This document shows positions 23,650 to 36,319 of a stretch of DNA of 64,000 nucleotides, one piece after another; the first letter of the stretch is position 1, and every line of letters starts with the position of its first letter. The stretch covers positions 14,820,001 to 14,884,000 of the forward strand of contig NC_045697.1 of assembly GCF_009834535.1 (NCBI RefSeq), read 5' to 3'. The notes beneath the pieces are model-generated. The model saw only the letters and a program-made list of their open reading frames with translations, was not told the DNA's origin and made no database searches. This stretch comes from Camelus ferus (taxonomy: Eukaryota). The position numbers and the translations under genes were made by a program.

Positions 23650-23910
23650 CTAAGAATAGAGCACTGAAGTAAAAATAATCCAGGCTCAAATACCGGTTCC
23701 CGTTTTCTCAGCTGGGGGGCTCACTGATCTTGGGTCATTTACTTCTATTTTCTGCGTCTCAGTTTCTTCATATGTGAACTGCGGGACTAATAATGCCCTC
23801 ACGGTGCGGTGGTAAAGAAAACACGGGAAATGCGCATAAAGAGCTCAGGTCCACTGTAGGGCGTTTTATTAAGAATATACTAAATAATTACACTGATTAC
23901 TATTAGCTTT
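23650..23910 (+). mobile_element. MIR SINE
   Basis: TGATCTTGGGTCATTTACTT; TCTGCGTCTCAGTTTCTTCATATGTGAA core. Confidence 0.65.
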
Positions 23911-24329
23911 TTCAATAGAGTGTCGGGGAGCAAACAAGGTATCTGATCTGCCAAGCCAGTCTCCTCCCAAGCCCGAGGGAGGAGGGATCCCCAAAACAAA
24001 CAAGCCAACAGTTAGCCTGGGTGTCTCATCTCCGGGGAATCAGTCTGATCCTTTGGCTTCCAGCTTCTGCTCAGGAAGATCTTAATCCCTGAGGAAATTT
24101 TTGTGTACTTTTCACTAAAAGTACAGCTATGCCTTCTGCCCAAATTATCACTGTACAACTTATTTTTCTTCCTTCAAGACTTTGTTATAGATAAAAATTT
24201 TAAATTTAATGCAGTTTGAAATAGTAACATTGCCCAAAATTTACCACTTGCAAAGTTTTGCTAAAACTAGTATACTCCTTTCCACACGGAAACATGTTAC
24301 TTTTCCTTAATGTAATGTTTCCCAACCAC

Positions 24330-24810
24330 TGCCTTCAAAATAAGCCTGAGAATCTGGGGACAGTGTTATGCAAGTTCTTTCAGGATCTGTGTCCACCTTC
24401 AACGCTAGACCCTACAAAGCATTTTTCCACCCCAGACAGCCCATCTGCAGTTTCTCAAACACAGCCTGGTCTTTCAGTATTCCGTGTCTTTTCATATACT
24501 TTTCCTTCTGGCCCTTTGTCCTTCCCCCACCTCATCCGGCTAGTCAGTCACCACCTATCCTTCAGAATTCATCTCAAGCACACCTACCTCAGTAAAGTGT
24601 GTGCTGGATGCCCCCATCCTCCAGGTTTCTCTCAGCTTCTGGCCCTTCCTCCATTTAGTTAGAGCACTCCCTACAGCCCTGCACTGTGAAGCTTATTCTG
24701 TGCTGGATTTGCCTGCTTGCCTGTCTATCTCCCCAGCTGGTTCATTCACGCCTGGAGAACAGGTGTGTGTTTTTATCTCCCCACAGGGCCAGGCACACAG
24801 TGGGATCCAG
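24330..24810 (+). mobile_element. L2 LINE fragment
   Basis: CCTATCCTTCAGAATTCATCTCAAGC; TCTATCTCCCCAGCTGG; CCAGGCACACAGTGGG. Confidence 0.6.
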
Positions 24811-27800
24811 CAATCATTCCTCTTTGGCCCTGTAGTTCGTGCCCAACAGGAAGCTGTTGTAGGCAACATTAATGCTAAGAAATGCCAGAGTAACTGAATA
24901 CATGCATAGAACAGATTATTACATCCACAGCAGAAGAGGTTATTTTAAAAACAACTGTTTGTTTTATGTCTGAGGAAAGAGGGAATATCAAACAAAATTT
25001 CTTTACAATCAAAGGAAGCTTACTTCCAAGATAGGAGAGCCCCCCCCTTTTTTTTTAAGTAAGGAATTAAATTAGAAGAAGCATTTGCATTTTCACATTA
25101 GTCTTCTTGAATATGCATGGCTGGCTGAATTCTGTCTGACACCTCCCAGAACTCGCTCAAGTAAGCTTTCCATTACTAAATAAATTGCATCCATTCTAAT
25201 TAAAGATAGGCAAGAATACTGCCCAGACAGGAGATGTAAGGTGGTATGAAAAGCTAAAGCTTCCATGGTAACCCTGCCAGAGACAATGTAATTGATTCAT
25301 ATGGTCCCTTTTGCCACGTATTGATTCCACACCAGCAAGCCTTGAAAACTGTCCATCATCTCACGGAGCTATTTATAGACTAAGTCCAGCTGTGACAAGT
25401 AAATGGTGATGCGCATACAGAGACAATTACTAAAAAGAATAATAAAAATACTCCTGCTTTCCACCTTCCTTAGCCATTGATTATCAACCAGTTTAAATAA
25501 CTATATAGTAAACATAAGGGTAATTTACTGAAATAAAATAGAATATTTATATCAGATCTTTTTGTACAAAGGATATGCTTAGGAGAAAAAGGGAGAGAAA
25601 ACTAAAAACTCCAGTCTGATGTTACAGGCACCACATCATTGCACAATATTGGTACCTCATTCTGCCTTATTGCTGGTTGTTAGCATTCGAGTTTATCAAG
25701 CAATTTATCAGAATATTAAGCACACATAAAAGGAAGTGATAAACTAATGCCATATGGAGATAAAGATTCAGAAACTGAGAAAAAACATCAGTAGCACAAT
25801 CGTTTTTCATGCCCCTTAAAGCATATTACAACCCCTCCGGTTGGGATACTGGTGAGAGAGAGAAGTGAGTTGTGCATCATCCATTAATTTCTGAAAACCA
25901 GACTTCTAAATGATAGCGCTTCACCTTCCTACATTCAGTTTGACCACTGAACTTCCAGCAGCACCCAAGGCTGATCGATCGGTGTTTCACTGAGAGCTGG
26001 CTGTTTGTATGCGGCGGTAGGGGTGGCGGGTGCACAGGTTGTGTTTGCTGTTCAGGCAGGGAACCACTTGCATCAATATCCTGGTTTAACCAGTTTGTTC
26101 AAACATTTACTTCACTCCAAGTTCACATACTTTAAACTTTCTTCTGAATAGCCATCTGGATTACACTTAATAGCCTACAGATTTAGAAGTCAGTTTCTGA
26201 GATGACTGACGAATTATCACATAATTCTTCTTGCTTAAACTTGGTGAACACTCAGATTGAGCTCTTTTAGCTCAATTTTGTTTTCTGAAAATCTTAAGAT
26301 TTCAAACTTTCATATATCTTTTTCCTTGGTTAACTAAAAGTTACTGGTACCTACTTATAATGTCTTTTTTTTCCAATATCTCTCGGTAACTACAGCTATA
26401 ATAAATTCCTTTTAGAAATGCTCCAGTAGATGCTTTTTAAAAGAGAAGATGCCACCCAAAATTTTCTCACAGTGGCAGTGATGGAAATCAGCTCTTCTTA
26501 GGGGTGGGATGTGGGGAGGCGGGCCTCATCAGTTGGATCTAAATTCTATAAACTGAAAGTCAAGGCTCTTCCCAAAAGCTGGCCTGACTTTCCTCTTGCT
26601 TTTGTTCTGACAGCATTACTCTCTTGTGTTTTCTCCTGTTGAAATATTACCAAATATTTATGAACCACCTGAGACTTTTTGCCCTTTTTCCTCCCAGTCA
26701 TGTTCGATCAGGTCCCATTTGCAAATCTCAAAGCATTTTAAAAATAGTTTCCAGATTCCCTTAAGATGAATTGCCATGTATTTACAGACCCTTAAGTGAT
26801 TATAAGGATTTGCCTTATTTATTACCATACTCTTTTTAAATTTCTGTTTAAATTAAAATGCAGAAGAGAAATGTGGCAAGCTACTTATAAACACACTACA
26901 TAGCTGTCCGCATGATATTTAACATTTTTTTTTCAAAATATAAAACATAAAATATAGTTGAAATCACGTTTTTCCTCCTCTCCAGTCTAATTTCTTCCTC
27001 CTTACTACTCTGCCCATAGGTAAGAACACCAATGAATTTATTATGTGTCCTTACAATCCATTTTTAAACTGTATAAGTATCAATGTCTATATAGCACTGT
27101 GAGGTTTTTTCATTCATATAAATTTTGCCCTAGAAATGTATATATTATTTTCAGTGTTCAACATTATTTTTGAGAGTTCTAGAATGCTTAGATTACCAAC
27201 TAGTTTACTCTTTCAACTGCTGAATAGTACCTCATCATATGAATTTCCCACAGTTTGCATACCACTGGCTCTATCTTCAAAACACACCCAGAATCCATCT
27301 ATTTCTTGCCATTTCTAGTGCTGTCATCACCCTGGACCGAAGCACCATCATGTCTCATCTGGATTACCAGTCTTCCAGCTGGTCTAAATGTGTCCTCCTT
27401 GGACACTCCCCAACTGTATTCTCAATACAGCAGTCAGAGGGATCCTTTTAAAACGTAAGTCATATCGTGTCACTAACCTATTCAAAGTCCTCAAGTAACC
27501 TTGCCTCTCACTCAATATTTCAAACAACATTGTGCTGAATCTCCTTTTACTTCTAGGTGGGAGAGTTTCACCAGAGTAAACTCCAATGGATGAAATTGTT
27601 CCTTAAACACTGAATCACACATTTTTCAATATTCCTACATTCTTCCATACTACTTTCTCAGGTGTTGATACTAATTTATGACCACAACAGCAGTGTATAA
27701 ACCATTTTCATGCTATTATACTACCCTGCCATATGGCTTTGTAGATAATAGATGGAAAATAATTATTTATTTAACTCCTTCATCCTTCAAGGGACAGTTC

Positions 27801-27899
27801 TTCAACACCCACCCATGTCAACTCTTCTTACGTATCCCACTCAGAAAGATTCATGCTTGGCCTTTCTCTGTGGAAATTCTGTAAATACTCTTACTATTG

Positions 27900-27939
27900 C
27901 ACCTGCATTTCATGTTGTACACCTGCATTTCATGTTGTA
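27900..27939. repeat. Perfect 20-bp tandem duplication (CACCTGCATTTCATGTTGTA x2)
   Basis: 27900-27919 is identical to 27920-27939. Confidence 0.95.
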
Positions 27940-28039
27940 ATATGTATTTCTGCTTCCTCCTCTCACCACCCACCTATAGACCTACTTGACCTCAGGGACT
28001 GGGTCTTCACTGAATTCTAGTATCTAAGAAGAAAAAAAG

Positions 28040-28262
28040 AAAATTTTCTAATTGTGGATCACCTACGACCAAGCACAGGGCAATTACACATACAACCTTT
28101 TCATGTTCACAGTTGTTACTGGTGGTATTGTTATTATTCCCATTTCACAGATCAGAAAATAGAGGGCCATAATTTTCTCACTGTTTTGGAACTAGGAAAA
28201 GGCAGAGCCTGTGTTGTAAAATTTCTAGACTCTAGAACCTAAGCTCATCCTACCATACCATG
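28040..28262 (-). mobile_element. MIR SINE
   Basis: TTATTCCCATTTCACAGATCAGAAAATAGAGG; GGCAGAGCCTG; GACTCTAGAACC. Confidence 0.6.
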
Positions 28263-28469
28263 TGCTTCTTGTATCTGTCTGGTGTACAAGAGGTGCCTCA
28301 TATACAGTTGAATAACTGCCTTAGATGATATTTTAGAAATATTGCTGGATTTTATTCTGTTTAGCCAGTATCAAATTTCATTAATGTTTTATTTACTTTG
28401 ATCAGATTCTTAAGCACAGGTGGCCTCAGCAACCGGAAAAAAATACAGCTCATCTGTCCTTCACCCTTA

Positions 28470-28511
28470 GGGGGTGGGGGCGGGGGCGGGTGTTGGGGTG
28501 TGCGTGTGTGC

Positions 28512-28543
<32 letters not shown>

Positions 28544-28546
28544 GAG
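28470..28546 (+). repeat. Compound G-run / (GT,GC)n / (AG)8 simple repeat
   Basis: GGGGGTGGGGGCGGGGGCGGG, then alternating purine-pyrimidine 28498-28530, then (AG)8 at 28531-28546. Confidence 0.95.
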
Positions 28547-29974
28547 ATAGATTGTTTTATTGAGGGATTCTATACATTCCTTCTATTTCCAAGGTAAAGT
28601 ATGGATCACTTTTTGAGGAATTTTTGATGATTACTGATGGACTGGTTTCCAAGAATCGCTCATTAAAATGCTAAGAAAGATGGAGTATCTTAAAACTTAC
28701 TCCAAGCAAGTTGCTGTAGGTGAAGAAAGTCAGACATTTTCAACTTTAATCAACAACCATGTTTTAGGTATAGATTACATATAGTTTACCATACTGGATA
28801 GATCTCTTTCATTCATACCTAATCTCTAAAGCCCACTGTTCTCCATGGTGCAGTATCTTTCCTCACCACTCACATGTATACCATAGTCTCATCAGTGTCA
28901 CTGATACACAGATACATGGACTGAGTTGACGAACAGCCCGCTGATTATTACAACGCCAAAACAGGCATTTGATAAGCCTGGCAAAAGGTGCCTGTTCTAA
29001 GCTCAGCCCTGTTAAGTGTTGGATGCAAACACAAGTATGTTTACTTTTTAGCTTTTTAAGTCTATAGGGCCCAAGCCCTTGTTTACTGGTGGTGAAATGC
29101 AACTGTGGGTGAGATCTGCAGTGTCAGTGTCCACAGATTTGGCAATGAGTTTAAGAAAACAACTAAGAGGTGTTCTGAACCTTCATTAATAACTAAATGT
29201 CAGCTTGAGGGAAGGTATAAGATGTCATTTCCCTCAGCTTTCCCACCGCCTTTATTGAAAACTCAGGTTTAAATAATAATTCTCTACTTTTTCACTGTCA
29301 CTCAATTAAGCCTGAAGCTTTTATTTTACTTTTTCAAGACCTCTATGTCTATTCAGGAGGAAAGACACATGAAATGCTGTTTCCACAGCACTGTAGGCAG
29401 ATAGTAGATTTGTAACGATTAGCAATGGCACATGCTATTTTGGGGCTAGATTTGTCATTCACACGCATCTACACTGCAAGTAGGATTTCTACTTAGCTTC
29501 TAAAAGTACTTGGCATTCTTGAGTAATTCATGTGCATAGAAAATAAATTTATTGTTAGTCTCACTAAAACTTTTTAGGGGTTATGTTCAGTTTTGCCACT
29601 GAAATTACTGAGACTAAGCATTTTAATTTCATTCATCTTATGTCCCACCCCTGCTTCCACAAGATAAAGATATACAGGTAAAACATAAACTTTGGGGAAA
29701 ATCGTGTGTCATGTGTAATAGAACTTTCCCACTGAGTTGATGATTGTGCAGGTACATTAAAATTTTGAATTTACTATGGTTGATTTATTCTTAGTTTTAA
29801 AATTTTAGTTTTTGGTATCATATTCCTCCCTGCCCCCTCAATTATCTATTTATAACCATGTCAGAGGGTGCAATGGAATTGGGAGATGGGGGTTTCGATC
29901 TTCTTACCACTTTGGAACTACTTAGTGAGTAAATTAATGTTTCCATGACTACCAGCTTTATTTTCTGTCAATAG

Positions 29975-30520
29975 CTATTCACTGAGCACCAACTAAATGT
30001 TGAAATAGATAGACCTGGAGATACAGTAGTGAACAGAAAGAGACCCAGTAATTCCCATGTGGTGCTGACAGTCTACCATGGAGGTATGCATTAGTCAAAC
30101 AGGCATATTTAAGTTAATAACTGAAAGTATCAAACTGTTGTAAAGGATTCAGGAGAATTAACAGGAGCTAAGCAACCCAGACCTAATGGAACATAGCTAC
30201 CAGTTTGAGCGAAGGGGACATGTCTCAAAAAGTTGTCTTAAGACACTGTTGTGCAACATTAGATAAGGTATGAATGGGCAGATTTCCTGACAGTTATAAC
30301 AGCACATACTAAAGTCTGAAACACTTAGAATAATCAAGGGACAGGAGAGAGGATGGTAGGCCAAGAGCCCAGTGAGGTAAATGAGAGTATTCAGGGGTTC
30401 ACAGACTACAGAGTGAGATTTATAGCTTTCACTCTAAGATCGATGAGAAACAGAGATGACTTTTAAGCAAGGCAGTGATCCGACCAGGTTTATGTTAAAA
30501 AGAGATCACCCAACTGAAAA
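29975..30520 (-). mobile_element. L2 LINE fragment
   Basis: TATTCACTGAGCACC; CTGGAGATACAGTAGTGAACAGA; TTTTAAGCAAGGCAGTGATC...AAAAGAGATCAC. Confidence 0.65.
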
Positions 30521-30989
30521 TTGAGGATAAGTATAGCTTGTATTGACCACTTTGAAGGATCAGTATAATGACCAAAGAGGGCAATATTAAAAAGTTCAAA
30601 TAAATTCAAAGTAAAAATTAAAATTATGAAGACTCTAGTAGAGTTAATGAAACCACTCTTGGGGTATAACTTTAACTATGAGAGTATATAGTTCCATCCA
30701 TTATTCAGAACATAGAACAATGCTCAAACTTTAGAACCCTGCTCTAAAAATGGAGCATTAATGGAAAATTTCAAGATTTAGTAACATCTTCACCTGTAGT
30801 AATCTCTGAATCTTGGTAATAAAGAAGCTTACTGATATTTAATGTTTTATTTATTGAAAAGCAAGCTGAACCCAGGGCTAAAATCCTGGATCAACTAGGA
30901 ATCAAAATACCTGGAGTTGTAATGAGATCTCACCCTATTCCCTACGGTATAATTATTACTAAGATAATAATTATAAAACAAGATAAAAT

Positions 30990-31750
30990 TAATCAACGCA
31001 TATTTATTGAACACCTACAATCTTCCAAATACTGGGTATACAAAAGTGACTATATTGGGCTGAACTGTGTCTCCTCAAAATTCACAGATTGAAATCCTAA
31101 CTCCCAGTACCTCAGAATGTGACTGAATTTGGAGACAGGTACGGCCTTTAAAGAGGAAACTAAGGTAAAAGGAGGTCACATAGGTGGGCTCTAATCCAAT
31201 GACAGATGTCCTTACATGAAGAGGAAATTTGGACACCTGAATAAAGAGACCACAGAAGTGTGTCTGACAAGAGGATAACCATGTGAGGACACAGTAAGAA
31301 GGCTGCCATCTGCAAGCTAAGGAGAGAGGCCTCAGAAGAAATCAACCCTGCTGACAAACTGATCTTAGACTCCCAGCCTCAAGAACTGGGATGAAACAAA
31401 TCTCTGTTGTTCAGACTACCCAGTCTGTGGTACCTTGTTACAGGAGCCTGAGCAAACTAATACAGTGACCGAGTTGTAAGTCTTTCTTCAAGCAGTTTAT
31501 AGTCTAATGGGAAACACAGATAAGCAAAGACAGAAAGAGAGAAAAAAAGTTCCATGATAAGGGAGATGTAAGTTGCTATGAAGTAACTCATCTTAATTTG
31601 GGGGTCAGGGAAGGCTCCCTGGAGAAACTGTTATCTAGGTTGGAGGCTACATAGAAGCAACAAGGCAAAGAAGAGGGTGGAGGAGCATTTGAGAAAAAGA
31701 ATGTGTGCAGAAGCCCAGAGGACAGTGTGACAAGGGGAAGAACTTGAACA
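30990..31750 (-). mobile_element. L2 LINE 3' fragment split by an MLT1B LTR
   Basis: TCAACGCATATTTATTGAACACCTAC...ATACAAAAGTGAC | LTR | TTCAAGCAGTTTATAGTCTAATGGGAAACACAGA...GTCAGGGAAGGCTCCCTGGAG. Confidence 0.7.
31051..31464 (+). mobile_element. MaLR solo LTR, MLT1B-like, with intact 5-bp TSD
   Basis: GGGCTGAACTGTGTCTCC...AGCAAACTAATACA; GTGAC at 31046-31050 and 31465-31469. Confidence 0.9.
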
Positions 31751-31799
31751 CCTGGCACAGACAAGCCCCTCGATGCATATTTGATGATTCTTTTATAGG

Positions 31800-32540
31800 C
31801 TTATCTATTATACTATGGTTAAAACATCTCAGATTTCATCTGCATTGATGTAAATTCCTACAGATTGTTTTCCATGATTTCATTCTTGCTCTTTATGACC
31901 CTGTCTCACTGCAAGAGCCAGAAGAGTCTTCAAAAACCTAAATTAGATAATGTCACTGCCCTTCTCAAAGGGCCTTGGAGACTTCTCACACTACTTACAA
32001 ATAAGAAGATAAATAAATAAAAATAAACAACTTCTACCTGCAAAGCTCCATGTGACCTATCACATGCCTACCTCTCATACCTCCTTTAATTCCACTCTCC
32101 ATTCCCTTACCTCACCCATCCCAGAGCACACTGGCTTCTTGCTGCTCCACAAGAGCTTACCAAGTTCACTCCTGCCTCAGGGACTTTGCACTTGCTCTCT
32201 CCGGAATACTCGTTCACCAAGTTTTTGCCTGTCTATCTCCTTCTTATCTTTCAGGTCTCACCAGAAGCCTCACTACCTCAGAAAAGACATCTCTAACTTA
32301 TTTATCTAACTGTACCTCCCTCCTACTCTTCCATAGTGATATCTATTATATGACCATAGTTGTTTTTTTTTTTCATAGAATCTATATTAAACCATATTCC
32401 TTAGTTCAGGGCTTCCTCTGACTCACCCACACTATAATTTAAGCTCCATGGGAATAGGAGACTCGTCTGTTTTTCCCCTACTTTCCTCAGCTTTGTTACT
32501 GGCACACTGTAACTATCAAATAAATATCTGTTGAAGGAAT
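31800..32540 (+). mobile_element. L2 LINE 3' region
   Basis: CTCCTGCCTCAGGGACTTTGCACTTGCT; TAAGCTCCATGGGAATAGGAG; ATAAATATCTGTTGAAGGAAT tail. Confidence 0.75.
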
Positions 32541-33309
32541 AATGTTAAATCATTCAAGCTGACTCTGATTATAAATTCACATCATCTATCTTTACCATGA
32601 AACAGTGAACAATGGGATGATTTTGAACCATGCCTAGCAAGTAGAGACACATTTAATTCCAGGGTACAAGCAGATAGATGTAGCAGTAAAATGCCACCCC
32701 AGATTGACATGTAATAATATATGGTGTGTTGTTAAGTCCATGCCTATTAGAATGCACTGACCATTTCTCGTGTGCTCACAAATCACAGTGATCAAAAAGA
32801 GACAGGAATTGATCCAAAGGATTTGCCAACTGGCATTGTCATTTGACTCTGAGAAAGACACAACGATATAAAGTATTCTGTGAATTGTAGATGACAATAA
32901 CTGGCCGTGTCACTATCATAGAAATAGTTTGGGAGGTAATGGCATTTTTGCTTTAAGTTGCTGAGCTCTCTGGGTAGAAGGTTGGAAGGGGAGAGAAAAC
33001 AAATTGCAGCCAAATATCATTAACTCTATATGTTTGTAACATAATTTACACTGATTTACTGAGTTATTCCTGGCACTGGGAGGGCTGCTTTGGCTCCTTC
33101 CTGAAGATAATCTTCCTCCATATATTTTCAACACCATAATAAAGCAGACCTGGGACTTCATTGATACAGATCCTCAAGTTTTAAAGACAGTAGTGGGAAC
33201 AACAGGATATAGGTGGGATAGGAGTTAAGTAGAGAGGGTTCCACGTAAGTGTCTGCAGCTCCTTGAAGGATACTGAGTCTAGCAGGAAATGAGAGCATCA
33301 GAATGAAAA

Positions 33310-33580
33310 GCATATAGTTCAGTGGTTAGAAGTATGGGCACCTGTACCAGATGCTTGTATGTGAATTTCCACTTCCAAATTGGGTGATCTCAAGCTACTG
33401 ATCCCTTTGAGACTCAGTTTCTTCTTCTCCATCAGGGACCAATGCTAGAAACTTACAGAATGGTTGTGAAGATTAAAAGGATTCAGATATTTAAAGCATC
33501 TAGATAGATTCTGACCTCCAAGTAAGTGCTCGGTAAGTGTTATTTTTCATCACCATCACCATCACCATCATCATCATCAC
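33310..33580 (+). mobile_element. MIR SINE with (CAT/CAC)n tail
   Basis: CTCAGTTTCTTC; GGTTGTGAAGATTAAA; AGTAAGTGCTCGGTAAGTGTTA; then CATCACCATCACC. Confidence 0.7.
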
Positions 33581-35496
33581 CTTCAAGTACTGGATTGACA
33601 CTGTTCGGCTTAGAGAGGGTTCTTAGTTGGTCAAGTGCTAGAAGAAGCCAACCAGAACTGTTGCAAACCAGATGTCACATTCCATTATACGTGGAATGTC
33701 AGATTTAAAAATCTACTGGAAAAATGACTTGATTCCACATACCACCAAACAATCGTGTCTATTTCTTTATCATCTCACTGGACATATCAAAGCTGGCTCA
33801 AATAAGGGAATGAGTAGCTACACGTTAGGGAGAACTGGAACAAACCATACCTTGGGATCTTGATGACCTAACACTCATCAACCAGGGAAAGAATATTACT
33901 CTACTATCTTTCTAAGACTATATGTTAATCTATAATGGATGGTATAAATTCTGGGAAGTGACTTTTTAATAGTAGATACTCTAGAAACCATAAAGAAGCT
34001 GACTATTACTTTTCAGAATCTGGTGGTTTGTATGTAATTGAATTTTTCTTTATGTTCCTGTATCCTTGTTCTTTCTTGAAGCAGAATCAACTCTGCTCTT
34101 AGACATTAATGGGAAACTGAACTACTAAGGAGACAATGAATTTCCCCCAATAATAGACATGAAGCTCCTCAAAGAGTGCATGAAAGAGAGGATCTCTGTT
34201 CGACTGTGTTTGCTGTGAGTCACCTTGCCTCTACATTGACCAACACTTAGGGCTACAAATTGACTGCTGCTTATACTCCAAGCAGACATGGTAATGATTT
34301 ATGAGAAGTACTCTCCATATTCTCTATACTACCTGTAGGCAAACCACCCAATTTCCTCCTGGTGAGTTACACCTTGACATAGAAACTCATTCATTTACTC
34401 CTTAATTTATAAAATACTTGTAAGCATCACTATTAGCTACACACTGTGAGGCAATGCCAAGGCTTCAGGGAATAGAAATATTTGTCCCTACCTTCATGAA
34501 TCTGACTTCTTTAATAGCTTCAACATACACACAGCACTGAGTTCCATGTACTTCGTATTTCAGCCCTCAGGTGAGGAAGGAAAGATCATCACTTCCTGAG
34601 TGCTTACTGTGCCAGGCACCATGCTAGGCACTACAGATCTTCAGAGGGACAGCTTACCTTCTGACAGGTACATCTAGGCAACTAGCTCACCACTGCTGCT
34701 GTCTATCTGGTCTCATTATTTTCAGAGAAAGAATTTCCACAAACTTTAAGAGAAACAGAATATTCAGAAAGCTCACTTCCTAAACACTACCCCTCTCTTG
34801 CACAGCCTAAACTTTGAATTCTCCTTTTAGAGGACAACCCCAGAAAGAACTAACTTCCTTTTGGTATGAGATGTAGGAACTGCATTTTGGAGACAAGAAC
34901 CTGAAGATAGATTAATTTCACACCAAGACTCAGACTATGCTATCTTTAAATAGAGCAGGCAAGAGAGGAAGGGACGGAGTATCAATTGATGCCACCACTT
35001 TTACAAGTCCCTTATGGACAGCTCAGTAGGAACTAAATAATTGGTAATAGCTATTGTGTTTTTCTGTATCACTAAACCAGAAATGAGTGTTCATGGAAAT
35101 GTCACTCTATATCCAAGAGAAAAATAAGGAACAATGATCAGTTTGACATTTTAAACAGAAGATGTGTTTTTCTTTGGTTCAGTATAAAAGTTTCCATGCA
35201 ACGTGTAATTATAGGTCACACCAGATTTCAGGTGTGCTTAATTACTGTATCAACTCTTTTGTTGATGTATCCTAAAATACACTTTGTTACTATTCTGAGA
35301 ATGTCTTTAGTCTCTCTTCATGAAGCTTGGTGCTCAATCAACAAATGATATGCCATCAAAAATAACTTGTAAAAGGGGGTAAGAATTAGAAATTGCATGT
35401 TGGGTTTTTTTTTTCATTTTTGAAAAAAAAAAAAAAAGAACAATACACACTGTTAAATTCCTTGTTGAGAAGGTGAGTCAATATAAGTCTTCTCTC

Positions 35497-35608
35497 CAGG
35501 CTGACCAGCCACTTAGGTTTGCCTGAGACTAAGGTGATTTTGGGGACATGGATTTTCAGTGCTAAAATGGGAAAGTCCCCAGCAAACCAGGATGAGTTGG
35601 TCACCTTA
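35497..35608. mobile_element. MER81-like hAT-Blackjack element, near full length
   Basis: Termini CAGGCTGACCA / TGGTCACCTTA (degenerate TIRs). Flanks CTTCTCTC / CCTCTCTT match 6/8, consistent with a decayed 8-bp hAT TSD. Confidence 0.75.
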
Positions 35609-36319
35609 CCTCTCTTTAGAGATTTGTTGTTATGACAATACAATAATGCTTGTTAAAGGCATGTCATAAAAATGCTTAGTACTTATAAGCATTCAAAAAT
35701 TCAGCTATTGTTAAAGGACTTACTAGGGGCATAACATCTGCTATGCTAAGCAGTTATTTTTGCATGAAGCTTCTCTGCTCCTGAATATCTCATCTTGCAT
35801 AACTGATGTCAGGGACAGCTCAGAAAGGTGAAAGAGTAGATGACCAGATTCTCCCCTTTCTCTGGGGTGGAGATGGGGCCGTTTACACACAAAACTGCAT
35901 TAGCAGGGAGGGTTAGAGAGGGCCACTTGTTGCCTGAGAATAGGTTCCTGAGCAAGAATGAGGGAAGCTAGCAGGTTAGCTACAGGTAACTAAACTACAC
36001 TAATTACCATTATTCAAAAATACTTTAAAATATATTTACTTTATAGCATAATAGCATATTATATGTACTGCATAATTATGTCATAATACATGCAAAATGT
36101 ATATATAATAATAGATTTCACAACTATCCCACCCAGAAATTGTACCTCATTTCCAGAAGTTTCAGTTTTCTTGCCTATAAGATTGTGTTAAAAATGTCAC
36201 TGTTTCATAGGGAGGGTTGCTTCAATGAGTAAAAGAGATATATACATATATAATAGAGATACATTATATGTATATAATTTTTCTTTCATGAAGTACTCAA
36301 TGTATCAATTACTTACCCA

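Noticed and set aside
30990..32540. Oppositely oriented L2 fragments as a dsRNA-forming pair
   Set aside because: The copies are too diverged and interrupted to show extended complementarity by eye.
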